A stretch of DNA of 64,000 nt from an uncultured Gemmatimonadaceae bacterium (lineage in GTDB: Bacteria > Gemmatimonadota > Gemmatimonadetes > Gemmatimonadales > Gemmatimonadaceae): NCBI GenBank assembly GCA_963781585.1, contig CAWAGQ010000005.1, forward strand, positions 64,001 to 128,000, written 5' to 3'. A program made the position numbers and the translations under genes. Below the pieces are notes generated by a model. The model was not told where the DNA came from, did not search any database, and saw nothing but the letters and a program-made list of their open reading frames with translations. This document shows positions 9,494-20,739 of the stretch, piece after piece; within the stretch, counting starts at the first letter, position 1; each line of letters starts with the position of its first letter.

Positions 9494-10822
9494 TCACATC
9501 GCCAGCGCCATCCCCACGAATCCCACCACACTCACGATCAGCGCGCCGGGCACCGCAAAGCGTAACCACCTGCCGAGCGGAACGCCCGCGGCGAGCAGCA
9601 TCGCCAGCAGCGCGCCGTTGCTCGGCGTGATCATGTCCATCATCGTCCCGCCGGTGAGATAGGCCATCACCGCCACCTGACGCGGAATCGACAGCAGATC
9701 GGCCACCGGCGCCATGATCGGCATGGTGAGCACCGCCTGCCCGCTGTTGGACACCACCGCCACGTGCAGCAGCGCCTGAATCGGCACCATCATCCCGGCC
9801 GCGAGCAGCCGCGGCATGTGATGGAGCGGTTGCGCAAGCCCGTGCACGATGGTGTCGATCACCCGGCCATCGGTCAGCACGACCGAGATGGCACGCGAGA
9901 CGCCGACGAACAGCGCCGCGGCGAGCATCGTCTCCATCGACTTGAGGAATTCCACCGCCGTTCCACGCAGCCCCATCCCCGCCACCAACCCGACCGCGAA
10001 CCCGGCCACCAGAAAGAGCGCCGACAGCTCGTTGAATCCCCAGTCCAGCGCAAGCACGCCGTACACGTACGGCCCGAATGGCACGATCACCAGCGCCAGC
10101 AGCACCCAGTCGCGGACGCGCACGCCCTGGTGCGGGAGCGCCTCGATCTCCGGGCGCACATCGTCATGCTTCGTCTGGGATGCGGTCCACGCGATCCAGA
10201 GCGCGACCGCGGCCACCAGCATCGCGAGCCGCAGCCCGCCTGACGTGAGCGGCGGGAGCTCCGAGTACCGCAACGCGACCCCCGACGCGAACGGGTTCGT
10301 CGGCCCGAACGACGCCCCGACCACCGCCGAGCCGACGCTCATCGCGAGCGCCGTCACCGCTCCGAAGCCGAGTCCGCGACTCAGCACGAGCATGACGGGA
10401 ACGAGCGCGATGATCTCCTCGTGCATGTTCTCGAGCGCGCCGAGCGACGCGAACAGCGTGCACACGATCGCCATTACAACGACCGGCCGCCACGACCGGC
10501 CCACCAGCCCGCCGACCAGGCGTCCCAGCGCGCCGGTACGGTCGAGGAGCGCGAACGCGCCGCCGACGAAGAGGACCACACAGATCACGTCGGCGCCGTC
10601 GACGATGCCCCGGGGCACCGAGATCACCGCGGCCATCGGCCGCACGGCCGCCGGCGGCACGGCGTGATACGTTCCCGCCTGGACGATGCGGCGTCCGGTC
10701 TGCGGATCGTCGCGGCGATCGTATTGGCCGGCCGGAAGTACCCACGTGAGCACGGCGGCGACGGCGACGCCACCGAGCAGGAGGACGAGTGGGTGGGGAA
10801 GCGACAGGCGGAACCGCGCCAT
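9494..10822 (-). CDS. YfcC/DcuD-family transporter
   Basis: LPHP...LTWVLPAGQYDR N-terminus, GPTNPF, SNSGQAVLTMPIMAPVADL, many transmembrane helices. Confidence 0.88.
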   Translation of the reverse strand: MARFRLSLPHPLVLLLGGVAVAAVLTWVLPAGQYDRRDDPQTGRRIVQAGTYHAVPPAAVRPMAAVISVPRGIVDGADVICVVLFVGGAFALLDRTGALGRLVGGLVGRSWRPVVVMAIVCTLFASLGALENMHEEIIALVPVMLVLSRGLGFGAVTALAMSVGSAVVGASFGPTNPFASGVALRYSELPPLTSGGLRLAMLVAAVALWIAWTASQTKHDDVRPEIEALPHQGVRVRDWVLLALVIVPFGPYVYGVLALDWGFNELSALFLVAGFAVGLVAGMGLRGTAVEFLKSMETMLAAALFVGVSRAISVVLTDGRVIDTIVHGLAQPLHHMPRLLAAGMMVPIQALLHVAVVSNSGQAVLTMPIMAPVADLLSIPRQVAVMAYLTGGTMMDMITPSNGALLAMLLAAGVPLGRWLRFAVPGALIVSVVGFVGMALAM

Positions 10823-11029
10823 CAACGCACCGCGCCGTGGCTCAACGTCTCGTCGCCTCGGCGATCTTCAGATCATCGTGGGGCATGAGCCGGATCCGGG
10901 AGCGGGACACGCGAAGCGGCGAGCGGCGAGACAGGGATGTCGTCGACGCGCAGGAGGATGCACGCCGATCCGGTTCAAGCGGTGGACGGGCGCAGTCCGC
11001 GCGCGGCGCTACGCCCGTCCTGGCCGCTT

Positions 11030-11539
11030 CTAGCCCTTCGCGGCCGGCGCCGGTCCGTCGGCGTTGACCTCGTACGTCACGCGCCAGACGCCGTCAGAAC
11101 CCTTCTTCCAGCTGTCGGCAAACGGATTCATCCGGCTCTCGGGCTTCTTCCCCTTCAGGGTCATCGTATAGACGCCGTGGGAGAACGTGACGGCCTCGGA
11201 GTCGCTGACGACGATCAGCTTGTCGATGACCACCTGACTGTACGTGGCCGACTCGAAGCTTCCGAAGAAGACCTTCGCCCCGGCCTCGATGTTGGCGCGC
11301 CCCGTAAAGGTGCTGGCGTCCGGCAGGATCCACGTCGCGTCCTCGGTGAAGATATTGGCTACGGCTGCCGCGTCCTTGGAGGCGATGGCGGGGGCGAACT
11401 TCCCGAGCGCGTCGGTGAGCGCGGTCCGGATTGCACTCTCGTCGGGCGGCGGCGGCGGCGGTGCGGGCTTCGGGGCACATGCGGTGACCACTGCGGCGAG
11501 GACGGCCAGGCGCAGGGCGACGGAGGCGTTCATGGGCAT
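11030..11539 (-). CDS. SnoaL/DUF4440 (NTF2-like) lipoprotein
   Basis: VTAC lipobox, poly-Pro linker, DAAAVANIFTEDA...GRANI, WKKGSDGVWRV. Confidence 0.85.
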   Translation of the reverse strand: MPMNASVALRLAVLAAVVTACAPKPAPPPPPPDESAIRTALTDALGKFAPAIASKDAAAVANIFTEDATWILPDASTFTGRANIEAGAKVFFGSFESATYSQVVIDKLIVVSDSEAVTFSHGVYTMTLKGKKPESRMNPFADSWKKGSDGVWRVTYEVNADGPAPAAKG

Positions 11540-11864
11540 CTCTGGGCACGGGTGAGCATGATTCGGGGAAGACTATGCTACCGCAAACCGACGTCCGGCA
11601 CAACGCGGGGGCGACGGCGCCGTTCGCGCCCTGCGGGGCTCCCATCACGCCGTCGACCCGTTGCGGCGCTGATTGAACAACGGCGGCCCGTGCGCCGGAT
11701 GGGGTCACGCGGGGCGGCGCGGAAAGAGCTCCGTCACCCGCAGTGCGGTGTCAGAGCGTGCGACGAGACGATGTCAGGGTTCGCCGGATGGTGCCCGGGT
11801 ACGATGACCACCACGCTGCGAACGGTGCCTTGGAAATCGGTGTCTCACTTACGACCCTGATGCG

Positions 11865-14300
11865 ATGCGCCCCGTGACTCCAATCACCCTCCTCATCCGC
11901 GACTTCGTCAACGACATCCGCCACGCCGTGCGCACGATGCATGTGCGCCCCGGATTCGTCGCAGTCGTCGTACTCACGCTCGCCCTGGGAATCGGCGCCA
12001 CCACGTCCATCTTCTCCGTGGTGAACGGGGTCGTCCTTCACCCACTCGGCTTCCCTGACGAAGGCCGCTTGTTCACGCTGTGCGAGCAGTATCCGGGCTC
12101 GCCTGCCGACTGGTGCTCCATCTCTCCACCGAACGTCAGCGAGATTGCCGAGCGCGCGAGTTCGATCGAGACCATCGGCTTCGGTCGCTCGTGGGAATCG
12201 CACATGACCACGGCCGGCGGCGAGCTCGCCGTTCGCAGCGGAATCGCGACGCCCGGCCTCTTTCGCGCGCTGGGCGTGCGGGTGGTGCGCGGGCGGATGA
12301 TCGACTCCACCGACCTGCTCGGCCGCGAAAGCGACGTCGCGCTGCTCACGTACGAGATGTGGCAGGCGCGGTTCAACGCAGACCCGGCCGTCGTCGGCAG
12401 CCTCGTCACCCTCGACAAGCATTCCGTGCAAGTCGTCGGCATCCTGCAGCCGGGGTTTCACCTGCCGCTCTTCGAGACGATCGAGCTCTGGCGCCCCGTT
12501 CATGTGCTGCCGCGGGACGAGCGGAACCGCGAGTGGCGCGGCTTCGTCGCCTACGGACTGCTGAAGCCGGGACGAACGATCGCACAGTTGCGCGCCGAGC
12601 TGGCGGGGATCACGTCCACGATCCGAAAGGAGCACTTCGCCGCCGTCCCGGTCTGGGGCGTCACGCCGATGCCGATGCGTGACCTCGTGATCCGCCACGT
12701 CCGCCCGATGCTCCTCCTCTTTCTCGGCGCGGTGTCGCTGGTGCTGCTCATCGCCTGTGCCAACGTGAGCAACCTCCTGCTCGCGCGCTCTGCAGAACGT
12801 GGCCGCGAGATGGCCATGCGCGCCGCGCTTGGTGCCGGGAAGGGACGGATCGTGCGCGCTCTGCTCGCCGAGAGTCTCGTGACGGCCGTCGCCGGAGCCG
12901 CGGCCGGCCTGGCGATCGCCGAGGGAGGTGTGCGTGCCTTCCGTGCGCTCGCGCCGCAGGGAATCCCGCGTGTATCGGAGGTCGGGATCGATGGGGCGGT
13001 CCTGGCGTTCGTGACCGCGCTTGCAGTGCTCACCGCGGTGCTGACCGGGTTCGTCCCCGCGCTGCGCGCAGGCCGTGTGGACCTCGCGCAGATGCTGCGC
13101 GAGGGCGGACGATCCGGCCCGGCGGCGCGCTCGCGGCTCAGCGCGGCGCTCGTGGTAGCCGAGCTCGCGATGGCAGTGGTGATCATCGCCTGTGCCGGAA
13201 CGCTGGCGCGGAGCTTCGCGCGATTCGTCTCCTGGGATCCCGGGTTCGATCGCGAGCACGTCGTGCTGTTCTCGCTCTCGCCGCCCACGGCCACCTACGG
13301 CACGAAAGAGAAGCTCGACCTCCTCTGGGATCGCACCGAGTCGGCCGTCGGCGCGATTCCGGGCGTGCGCGCGGTGGGAACGGCCAGTGCCGGACCGCTG
13401 TTCGGAGGGCGCGAGACATGGGAGATGGAGGTCGAAGGGCGGGCGCCGGATCAGCGGGAGTCGGTGCGGTGGTACGACGTGAGTCCCGGGTTCTTTGCGG
13501 CGGTGGGCGTACCACTGGTGACCGGGCGCCCGCTCGACGGGCACGATACTCCCAACTCGCCGCTCGTCGCGCTGGCGAACCAGACCCTCGCTCGTCGCTT
13601 CTGGCCCAGCTCGAGCTCGATCGGCAAGCACCTCGTCTTCGCGATCGGTCAGGAGCGCGCGGAATTCACGATCGTGGGAGTGGTTGCCGACGTGCCGCCG
13701 GTGCAGCCGGGCACCCTGCCGGAGCCAGAACTGTACTGGTCGAACCGTCAGATTCCGCGTCCCTTCACCTGGGTCTGGGTGCGGACCACCGTGCCCCCGG
13801 CAACAGTGACCGGGGCCATCACGAGCGCGGTGCAGGCGATCGACCGTGACCTCGTTCCGAGCACCTACCGCACGCTTCCCGAGCTCCTCGACCGCGAGCT
13901 CGCGTCGCCGCGCTTTGCGTCGTTGCTGTTCGCCAGTCTGAGCGGCGTGGCGCTGCTGCTCTCGGCAATCGGGACGTACGGACTGCTCGCGTACGTCGTG
14001 ACGCGGCGGCAGCGGGAATTCGGGATCCGGCTGGCAGTCGGCGCACAGCGTGGCGACGTGATGCGCGACGTCCTGTTGCGCGGCCTCGGCATGGCCGGCG
14101 CCGGGCTGGTCATCGGGCTGATCGCGTTCGTCGCGCTCGCATCGACGCTTGCGGCGTTCGCCCCCGGTGTTCCCCCCCGCTCCCCGGGCGTGCTCGCGCT
14201 GGCAAGCGCGGTGCTGCTCGTCGTGGTTGTACTCGCCTGCGTCCTGCCCGCCTGGCGCGCGGGACGGGTCGACCCCGCACTCACGCTCGCCGCCGAGTAA
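11865..14300 (+). CDS. ADOP-family duplicated ABC permease lacking the N-terminal prefix
   Basis: DIRHAVR...VLTLALGIGATTSIFSVVNGV, LLIACANV, REFGIRLAVGA, C-terminal PAWRAGRVDP. Confidence 0.92.
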   Translation: MRPVTPITLLIRDFVNDIRHAVRTMHVRPGFVAVVVLTLALGIGATTSIFSVVNGVVLHPLGFPDEGRLFTLCEQYPGSPADWCSISPPNVSEIAERASSIETIGFGRSWESHMTTAGGELAVRSGIATPGLFRALGVRVVRGRMIDSTDLLGRESDVALLTYEMWQARFNADPAVVGSLVTLDKHSVQVVGILQPGFHLPLFETIELWRPVHVLPRDERNREWRGFVAYGLLKPGRTIAQLRAELAGITSTIRKEHFAAVPVWGVTPMPMRDLVIRHVRPMLLLFLGAVSLVLLIACANVSNLLLARSAERGREMAMRAALGAGKGRIVRALLAESLVTAVAGAAAGLAIAEGGVRAFRALAPQGIPRVSEVGIDGAVLAFVTALAVLTAVLTGFVPALRAGRVDLAQMLREGGRSGPAARSRLSAALVVAELAMAVVIIACAGTLARSFARFVSWDPGFDREHVVLFSLSPPTATYGTKEKLDLLWDRTESAVGAIPGVRAVGTASAGPLFGGRETWEMEVEGRAPDQRESVRWYDVSPGFFAAVGVPLVTGRPLDGHDTPNSPLVALANQTLARRFWPSSSSIGKHLVFAIGQERAEFTIVGVVADVPPVQPGTLPEPELYWSNRQIPRPFTWVWVRTTVPPATVTGAITSAVQAIDRDLVPSTYRTLPELLDRELASPRFASLLFASLSGVALLLSAIGTYGLLAYVVTRRQREFGIRLAVGAQRGDVMRDVLLRGLGMAGAGLVIGLIAFVALASTLAAFAPGVPPRSPGVLALASAVLLVVVVLACVLPAWRAGRVDPALTLAAE

Positions 14301-14358
14301 CCGTCCTCGTCAGGCAGGCGGATTCGCGATCCGGCCACCCCACAGGGGGAGCGCGCGC

Positions 14359-17067
14359 CTACTCGGCGCGCAACGCGACCGCCGGATCGACCCGCGCCGC
14401 GCGAGCGGCCGGGAGCCAGCAAGCGGCCACCCCCACCACCGCGAGCATGAACGCGACGCCGACCAGCGTGGTTGGATCGTGCGGCGTGACTCCGAACAGG
14501 AGGCCGCGCAACAGCCGGGCCGCGGCGAGCGCACCGGTCGCGCCGACCGCCAGCCCCGCCGCGAGCAGCACGCCTCCCTCGCCGAGTACCATGCGATGGA
14601 CGCGTCCCGCGCCCGCCCCGAGACTCATCCGGATGCCGATCTCCGCGGTTCGTGAACTCACCGAGAACGCGAGGACGCCGGCGATGCCGACCATCGCGAT
14701 TACGAATGCCAGCGTGCCGAACGACGTGATGAACCGCGCATTCAGGCGGCGCGGCGCCACGGACTGGTCGCGAATCTGCTCGAGCGTCTCCACATGCTCG
14801 ATCAATTGCTGCGGATACATCTCGTGAATCGCGGCAACAATCGCCGGACCGATCAGCGCGGGATCCGACGTCGTTCTCACGACCAGCGCGCCGTTGACAA
14901 TCATCTCCTGCGCGAACGGCAGGTACACGGCGGGCGTCGGATCACTGTCGAGACCCCCGTCGCGCGTGTCACCCACGACGCCCACCACGGTGCGCCAGTC
15001 ATCGGTGAACGGGGTGAACCTCAACACCGCGCCCGTCCAGGCGACGTGACGGCCGATCGGATCCTGGTCGCCGAAGAGCTGTCTGGCGAAGGACTGGCTC
15101 AGCACAGCGACGAGCTCCGTACCGCGCCGGTCGGTCGTCCCGAATCCATGGCCCTCGACCAGCGGAATGCCTGCCGCCGTGAAGTAGTCGGGATCGACCA
15201 TCTTCATCGCAGCGTGGGGCGTCGGCCGGTTCGGGGGAACGGTGCGACCTTCGGCCTTTACGTCGAAGCCGACCATCGAATTGCGGAGCGGCACCCCGGT
15301 CCCGATCGCCGCCAGACGGACGCCGGGTAGTGCGGCCACGCGGTCCCGGATGCGGTCGTACTTCGCGAGGTTCTCGGGTTGCTTCAATACTTCGCGGAGC
15401 AGATCTCCCTGGAGTGGGAGATCGAGCGTCAGCACATGATCAACCCGCACTCCCGCGTCCACCGCCTGCAGCTTGTCCAGCGTGCGCATCAGGAGTCCTG
15501 CGCCGGTGAGCAGCACCATGCACAGGGCGACTTGCGCGACGACCAGCGACCGCTGAACGCGCTGCCGCCCGCGGCCCAGCGTCGTACGGCGGCCACCGCC
15601 CGTGGGAGTCAGCGACGCGGCGACCGCCCGCTCTCCGCCGATTCGGGGAACGAACGAGAGCGCGACCGACACCACGACGCTCGTGGCCAGCCCGACCGCG
15701 AGCACCACGCCGTCGACGCGAATCTCGCTGGCGCGCGGCGAGAACTGCCCGGCGAACGCCACCAGCAGCTTGAGCCCGGCGAGTGCCACCAGCACTCCCA
15801 GCGCAGCACCGATCAATGCGAGCGCGAGGTTCTCGACCAGCAACAGGCGCCGCAGCCGCCCCCTCCCCGCGCCGAGGGCCGCGCGCAGGTGCATCTCGCG
15901 CTCGCGGCCCACGCCGCGCATCAGCGTGAGGTTGGAGACGTTGGCGCATGCAATCAGGAGCACGAATGCCGCCGCGCCCATCAGCAGCCAGAAGGTGAGC
16001 GACGCGCGCTCGTTCTCCGCCTCCTTGAGCGGTGACAGGCTGATCTCGTAGTGCGCCGCCTTCTCGTATGCGTCCGGGTGATCGCGGAACACGTTCGACG
16101 CGAGCCGGCTGATCTCCTCACGCGCCTGCTCGACCGCGGTGTTCGGGGCGAGGCGCGCGAAGACCTCGGTCATGCGGTGGTTGCGGTCGGTCACCATCGT
16201 CGCGCTGAGATGGTGCGGGCTCGTCACGGTGTTCACGAACACGTCGGTGGCCTGCGGATACTGCGGCGCCGGCTGCATCACGCCGATGATCGTGGAGATC
16301 TGATCATTCATGCGGACCGTGCTGCCGAGGATGCCGGAGTCTCCACCGAAGTGCTCCATCCAGTACGGAAATGACAGGACGGAAACGGACGCCGCAGCCG
16401 CGCCGTCGTCACGTGGAGTCGTGAGCCGGCCCAGCACCGGCTCGAGGCCCATCACGTCGAAGTAGTTGCCGCTGACGACCGCGGCCCGCACGCGCACCGG
16501 ATGCCCGTCGCTGCCGACGAGGGTGAACGGCATGACGTTGGAATACTCGGCGATGGCGGCAAGCGTCTTCGAGCCCGTTCGGTAGTCGGCGATCTCGGGA
16601 ATGGAGAAGAGGACGTTGTGTTCCTTCGCCCCAGGCGCCGATTGTCGCAGGTACACGAGCCGCTCGCCATCGCGATTCGGCAACGGCCGCAGGAGCGTGC
16701 CACGCAGCAGCGTGAACATCGCCGTGTTCGCCCCGATTCCGAGCGCGAGCGTGAGGACGACCGTCGTCGTGAAGCCCTTTGCGCGCCGGAGACTGCGAAA
16801 GGCGAAGGCGATGTCGCGAGCCAGTTCCTCGAGCCACCGGGTGCCGCGAGTGTCGCGCACCCGCTCCTTCTGGAACTCGATCCCGCCCAGGGCGCGCCTC
16901 GCGGCGTAGCGGGCTTCGGCGCGCGACATGCCGCGGGCCATGTTCTCGTCGATCTGGTGTTCCAGGTGGTACTGCAGTTCCTCGTCGAGCTCGCGCTCCA
17001 CGTCGGCTCGCCGGAACAGCGAACGAAGACGGAGGGGCACGACGCTCAGCCACCGGTCGAGGCTCAT
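14359..17067 (-). CDS. ADOP-family duplicated ABC permease with permease-prefix domain
   Basis: MSLDRWL...VERELDEELQYHLE prefix, TLALGIGANTAMF, LLIACANV, RVDPAVALRAE. Confidence 0.93.
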   Translation of the reverse strand: MSLDRWLSVVPLRLRSLFRRADVERELDEELQYHLEHQIDENMARGMSRAEARYAARRALGGIEFQKERVRDTRGTRWLEELARDIAFAFRSLRRAKGFTTTVVLTLALGIGANTAMFTLLRGTLLRPLPNRDGERLVYLRQSAPGAKEHNVLFSIPEIADYRTGSKTLAAIAEYSNVMPFTLVGSDGHPVRVRAAVVSGNYFDVMGLEPVLGRLTTPRDDGAAAASVSVLSFPYWMEHFGGDSGILGSTVRMNDQISTIIGVMQPAPQYPQATDVFVNTVTSPHHLSATMVTDRNHRMTEVFARLAPNTAVEQAREEISRLASNVFRDHPDAYEKAAHYEISLSPLKEAENERASLTFWLLMGAAAFVLLIACANVSNLTLMRGVGREREMHLRAALGAGRGRLRRLLLVENLALALIGAALGVLVALAGLKLLVAFAGQFSPRASEIRVDGVVLAVGLATSVVVSVALSFVPRIGGERAVAASLTPTGGGRRTTLGRGRQRVQRSLVVAQVALCMVLLTGAGLLMRTLDKLQAVDAGVRVDHVLTLDLPLQGDLLREVLKQPENLAKYDRIRDRVAALPGVRLAAIGTGVPLRNSMVGFDVKAEGRTVPPNRPTPHAAMKMVDPDYFTAAGIPLVEGHGFGTTDRRGTELVAVLSQSFARQLFGDQDPIGRHVAWTGAVLRFTPFTDDWRTVVGVVGDTRDGGLDSDPTPAVYLPFAQEMIVNGALVVRTTSDPALIGPAIVAAIHEMYPQQLIEHVETLEQIRDQSVAPRRLNARFITSFGTLAFVIAMVGIAGVLAFSVSSRTAEIGIRMSLGAGAGRVHRMVLGEGGVLLAAGLAVGATGALAAARLLRGLLFGVTPHDPTTLVGVAFMLAVVGVAACWLPAARAARVDPAVALRAE

Positions 17068-17068
17068 G

Positions 17069-17404
17069 TCAGACCTCCCGGAGACGAAGCATCGCGGTGA
17101 TGGCGCCGGCGAGCCGGTCCCAGTTGCCCGATTCGACCTGCAGCTGCCTTCGTCCGGCACGCGTGACGGAGTAGAACTTGGCGCGCCTGTTGTTCTCGCT
17201 TTGCCGCCACTCCGAGGCGATCCATCCTTCCTGCTCCAGCTTGTGGAGCGCCGGATAGAGCGATCCGTCGCTGACCTGCAGCACGTCCGAGGACAGGCGC
17301 TTCAGGCGCTGTCCGATCGCCCATCCGTTCATGGGCTCCAGCGCCAGCATCTTGAGAACGAGCAGGTCCAGGGTGCCCTGCACCAGGTCCGTCGGCTTGC
17401 TCAT
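17069..17404 (-). CDS. PadR-family transcriptional regulator (ADOP-associated)
   Basis: DLVQGTLDLLVLKML...GSLYPALHKLEQEGWI...NNRRAKFYSVT. Ends 1 nt before the permease start. Confidence 0.95.
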   Translation of the reverse strand: MSKPTDLVQGTLDLLVLKMLALEPMNGWAIGQRLKRLSSDVLQVSDGSLYPALHKLEQEGWIASEWRQSENNRRAKFYSVTRAGRRQLQVESGNWDRLAGAITAMLRLREV

Positions 17405-17410
17405 GCAGTC

Positions 17411-17465
17411 CTCACTCGGTTACCGAGATGAGAATACCATTGCTCCACTCGGTAAGCAAGGGGAG
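17411..17465 (-). promoter_or_regulatory. putative PadR operator pair and -10
   Basis: CTCA-CTCGG-TTA-CCGAG-A-TGAG palindrome (17411-17432), related copy CTCCACTCGGTAAGCAAGGGGAG (17443-17465), TATTCT on the minus strand between them. Confidence 0.6.
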
Positions 17466-17531
17466 GACCGTCCAGCCATTACGTCCTGGTGATCATGGGT
17501 CGGCGACCGGGATTCCCTTCTGGCGCTGCGC

Positions 17532-20193
17532 TTATTCCGCCCGCAGCGCGATCGTTGGGTCAACTCCCGCCGCCCGGCGCGACGGCGCCCACGCGGCCAG
17601 AAGCGCCACGGCCACCATCAACCCGATCACGACGCCATACGTGACGGGATCGAGCGGATGTCACACCGAACAACATGGACGCAATCAGCCGGGTGGAGGC
17701 GAACGCCCCGGCCAGTCCGACGGCAGCCCCCGTGAGTGAGAGCGCGAGCGCGCCACGCACCACCTCGCCCACCACTTCTCTCGGTGTGGCACCCAGCGCC
17801 GTGCGGATCCCGATCTCGCGAGTGCGGTCGCTGACGTTTCCGGAAACGAGCCCGTAGAGCCCGATCGCGGCCAGGAGGAGTGCGATCACTGCCGCCGTTT
17901 CGATGGCCAGCAGGACGAACCGTCGATTCCCCGCCGACTCGGTGATGTAGCCATCCATCGTCCGGACGCGCTGGATCGGCACGTTCGCGTTCACCGACCA
18001 GATGGCGCGCTGGAGACTCGGGACCAGCGCCGACGCGCGCCCTGCGGCGCGCGCCACGAGCGTGACCACGTTGTCCGCCCACACCCACTGTCCGTTCGCC
18101 ACGTAGAAGGCATCCGGCGCACGCACCGCCAGCGAGTAGTGCCTGACGTCTCCCACCACGCCCACCACCTCGGCCCATGGTCGAGCCGTTTCGATCTCCG
18201 GCCCGAACCGCAGGCGCTGGCCGATCGGATTCGCGGCCCCGAACAGCCGCTTCGCGAAGGTCTCGTTGATGACCACCGCCTCCGGCGCCCCCGGCCGATC
18301 GGTTGCGTCGAGCAGCCGCCCGCGAACCAGCGGAACGCGCATCGTCGCGAAGTAGTCCGGCGTCACGGCGTACCGGAGTGCGCTGCCGTTTTCGCCGGCT
18401 TTCGCATCGGGCAGCGACTGCGCTTCATACCCGTAGCCGTCCACATCGCCGGACAGCGGCAACTCGCTCGTGAACGCGGCGCTCGCGACGCCGGGTACGC
18501 GCCGGACGGCGTCGAGCGCCTGGTCGAAGAACTGGAGCCGAGCCGCATCGGAGTCGAACGCGTGCCCCGCCTCGATCACCTGCATGGTCACCACCTGCGA
18601 CGGATCGAATCCGGGTGGCACCGACACCAGCCGGCGAACACTCCGGAGAAGCAGGCCGGCGCTGACGAGCAGCATCAGCGCGAGCGCCACTTCGGCGACC
18701 ACCAGCGCGCTCCGTGCGCCGCCCCGGACGGCTGTGGCGCGGAGCGACCGGTGCTGCAGTCCCTCGGTGACCCCGGCGCGCATTGCGCCTAACGCCGGCG
18801 TGACGCCCACGAGCAATCCGATGAGTGCGGTGAGCGCCGCCGCGAAGGCGAAGACCGGCGCGTCCAGCCGGATGGCGTCGACTCGCGGCAACCCGGGCGG
18901 GCTCACCGCAACCAGTGCGCGTATCCCCAGCCGGGCAACGGCCAGCCCGAGCGTTCCGCCCAGCAGCGCGATCGCCACGCTCTCGGTAAGCAGCTGGCGC
19001 AGAATCCGCCGCCGCCCCGCGCCGAGCGCCATGCGCATGGCGAATTCGGTGCGCCGCCGCGCACTCCGGGCGAGCAGGAGACTCGCGACGTTCGCCGACG
19101 CGATCAGAAGCAGGAGCAATACCGAACCGATGATGGCGAAGAGGGCCGGCCTGGCACTTCCGGTGACGGCCTCCTGCAATGGCCGCACGAGCAGACCCTG
19201 CTCGAGATCGGCCCACGGCGGACGCGGAAAATCGGCGGCCGGCGTGCGGCCGACGGCAAGCATCTCGCGCGTCGCCCCATCGACCGTCGCCGACGGTGCG
19301 AGCCGCCCTACCAGCTGGTAATGATGGCCCCACTGGCGCGTGTTGAAGTCGGCCGTGACACGCTCCCGGAGCGGCGACCAGATCTCGGCCGCCGGCGCGA
19401 GGACGTTCGTGAAGGCGTGCGGCATGACGCCGATCACCAGATGCGGATCGCCGTTCAGGTCGATGGACCGGCCCACGATCTCCCGGGCGCCGCCGAACCG
19501 TCGCGCCGCCAGTGCGTCACTGAGGATCACGACGCCAGGCGCGCCGGGTTGATCGTCCGCGGCGGTGAACCCCCGACCGGCGATCGGCACCGCGCCGAAC
19601 ACGTCGAAGTAGTCCGCGGTCACGCGCTGTCCGTCGATCCGCTCCGGCGTGCCCGCTCCGGTGAGCGACGGCTGCCAGCGGTCGGCGGCGGCCAGCGCTC
19701 CGAAGGAATGGGCGCGCGCCCGCAGCTCGTCGTAGGTGCCGAGGGTCGCGGCCATTGGAACGCCCGCGTCGTTCCAATCGTCCACGGTGACCAGGCGGTG
19801 CGCCTCCGGAAAGGGCAGCGGTTCGAGCAGGATCGGACTCGCGGCGCTGAACACGGCGGTGCTTGCACCGATGCCGACCGCGAGCGTCGCCACGGCGGTA
19901 AACGTGAACACGGGACTTCGCCGGAGGCCGCGCAGCGCATAGCGCAGGTCGAGCCAGGTCGTCTCCATCGCGTGCTCCCACCCGGAGGCACGCACCTGTT
20001 CGCGAACGGCGATGGCTCCGCCGGCCTCGGCGAGCGCCGTCCGTCGCGCGACCTCCGGAGGCAGCCCGCTCCTGACGTGCGCGGCGGTGGCTTCGTCGAG
20101 ATAGTGCGCCACCTCGTCCGCGACGTCGTCATCTGTCTGGCGCGACCGGACGAGCGCACGAATCCCCCGCCCCACCTGCCGGAGCAGCGACAC
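17532..20193 (-). CDS. ADOP-family duplicated ABC permease; frameshift near 17660
   Basis: DDDVADEVAHYL prefix, TLAVGIGASTAVF, TREIGIRTALGA. The true C-terminus ...VDPTIALRAE* is in another frame and ends at 17532. Confidence 0.9.
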
Positions 20194-20196
20194 GGC

Positions 20197-20532
20197 TCAG
20201 CTCTCGGCGCTGAGCAGCCGCGCGACGGCGGCCGAGCGCCGTTTCCAGTCGGCGGTCTCGGCGTCGAGCCGCTTCCGGCCGGCCAGTGTGAGCGAGTAGT
20301 ACCTGGCGCGCCGCGAGTTCTGGGTGGACCGCCACTCGGCGTCGAGCAGCCCCGCCCGCTCGAGCCGCTGGAGCGCAGTGAGGAGCGAACCGGGGTTCAC
20401 CTTGAACACGTCGCGCGACACCTGCTCGATGCGGCGCGCGATCCCGAAGCCGTGCAGTGGCTGCAGGCTCAGCGTCTTGAGGATGAGCAGATCCAGGGTG
20501 CCCTGGATGACATCGGTGTGCGGTCCCGGCAT
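20197..20532 (-). CDS. PadR-family transcriptional regulator (ADOP-associated)
   Basis: DVIQGTLDLLILKTL...HGFGIARRIEQ...NSRRARYYSLT. Confidence 0.95.
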   Translation of the reverse strand: MPGPHTDVIQGTLDLLILKTLSLQPLHGFGIARRIEQVSRDVFKVNPGSLLTALQRLERAGLLDAEWRSTQNSRRARYYSLTLAGRKRLDAETADWKRRSAAVARLLSAES

Positions 20533-20553
20533 GGAAGCGACAGTATCGCTTCT

Positions 20554-20572
20554 CATCTTGACTGTCAAGATG
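20554..20572. promoter_or_regulatory. perfect palindrome, putative PadR operator
   Basis: CATCTTGAC-T-GTCAAGATG, about 21 nt upstream of the padR ATG. Confidence 0.7.
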
Positions 20573-20739
20573 TGACCGTCATACCAAGGGCCCCGGCGCC
20601 TTCCGCGCTGTGCAGCCGTATTGGGCTATCTCCGGCCCCCGTTGCTGGCGTGGGGGTGCCGGAGCGGCATTCCGTCCTGCGGAGAAGGGCCGCCTATCCG
20701 ACGTCCCCGCACTCTTTGACACCGTCACGGTCTCCCCCC

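Noticed and set aside
19321..20739. 1467-aa ORF as one giant protein
   Set aside because: The first ~470 aa are the antisense shadow of the ADOP and padR genes. The real gene starts at about 20740-20755.
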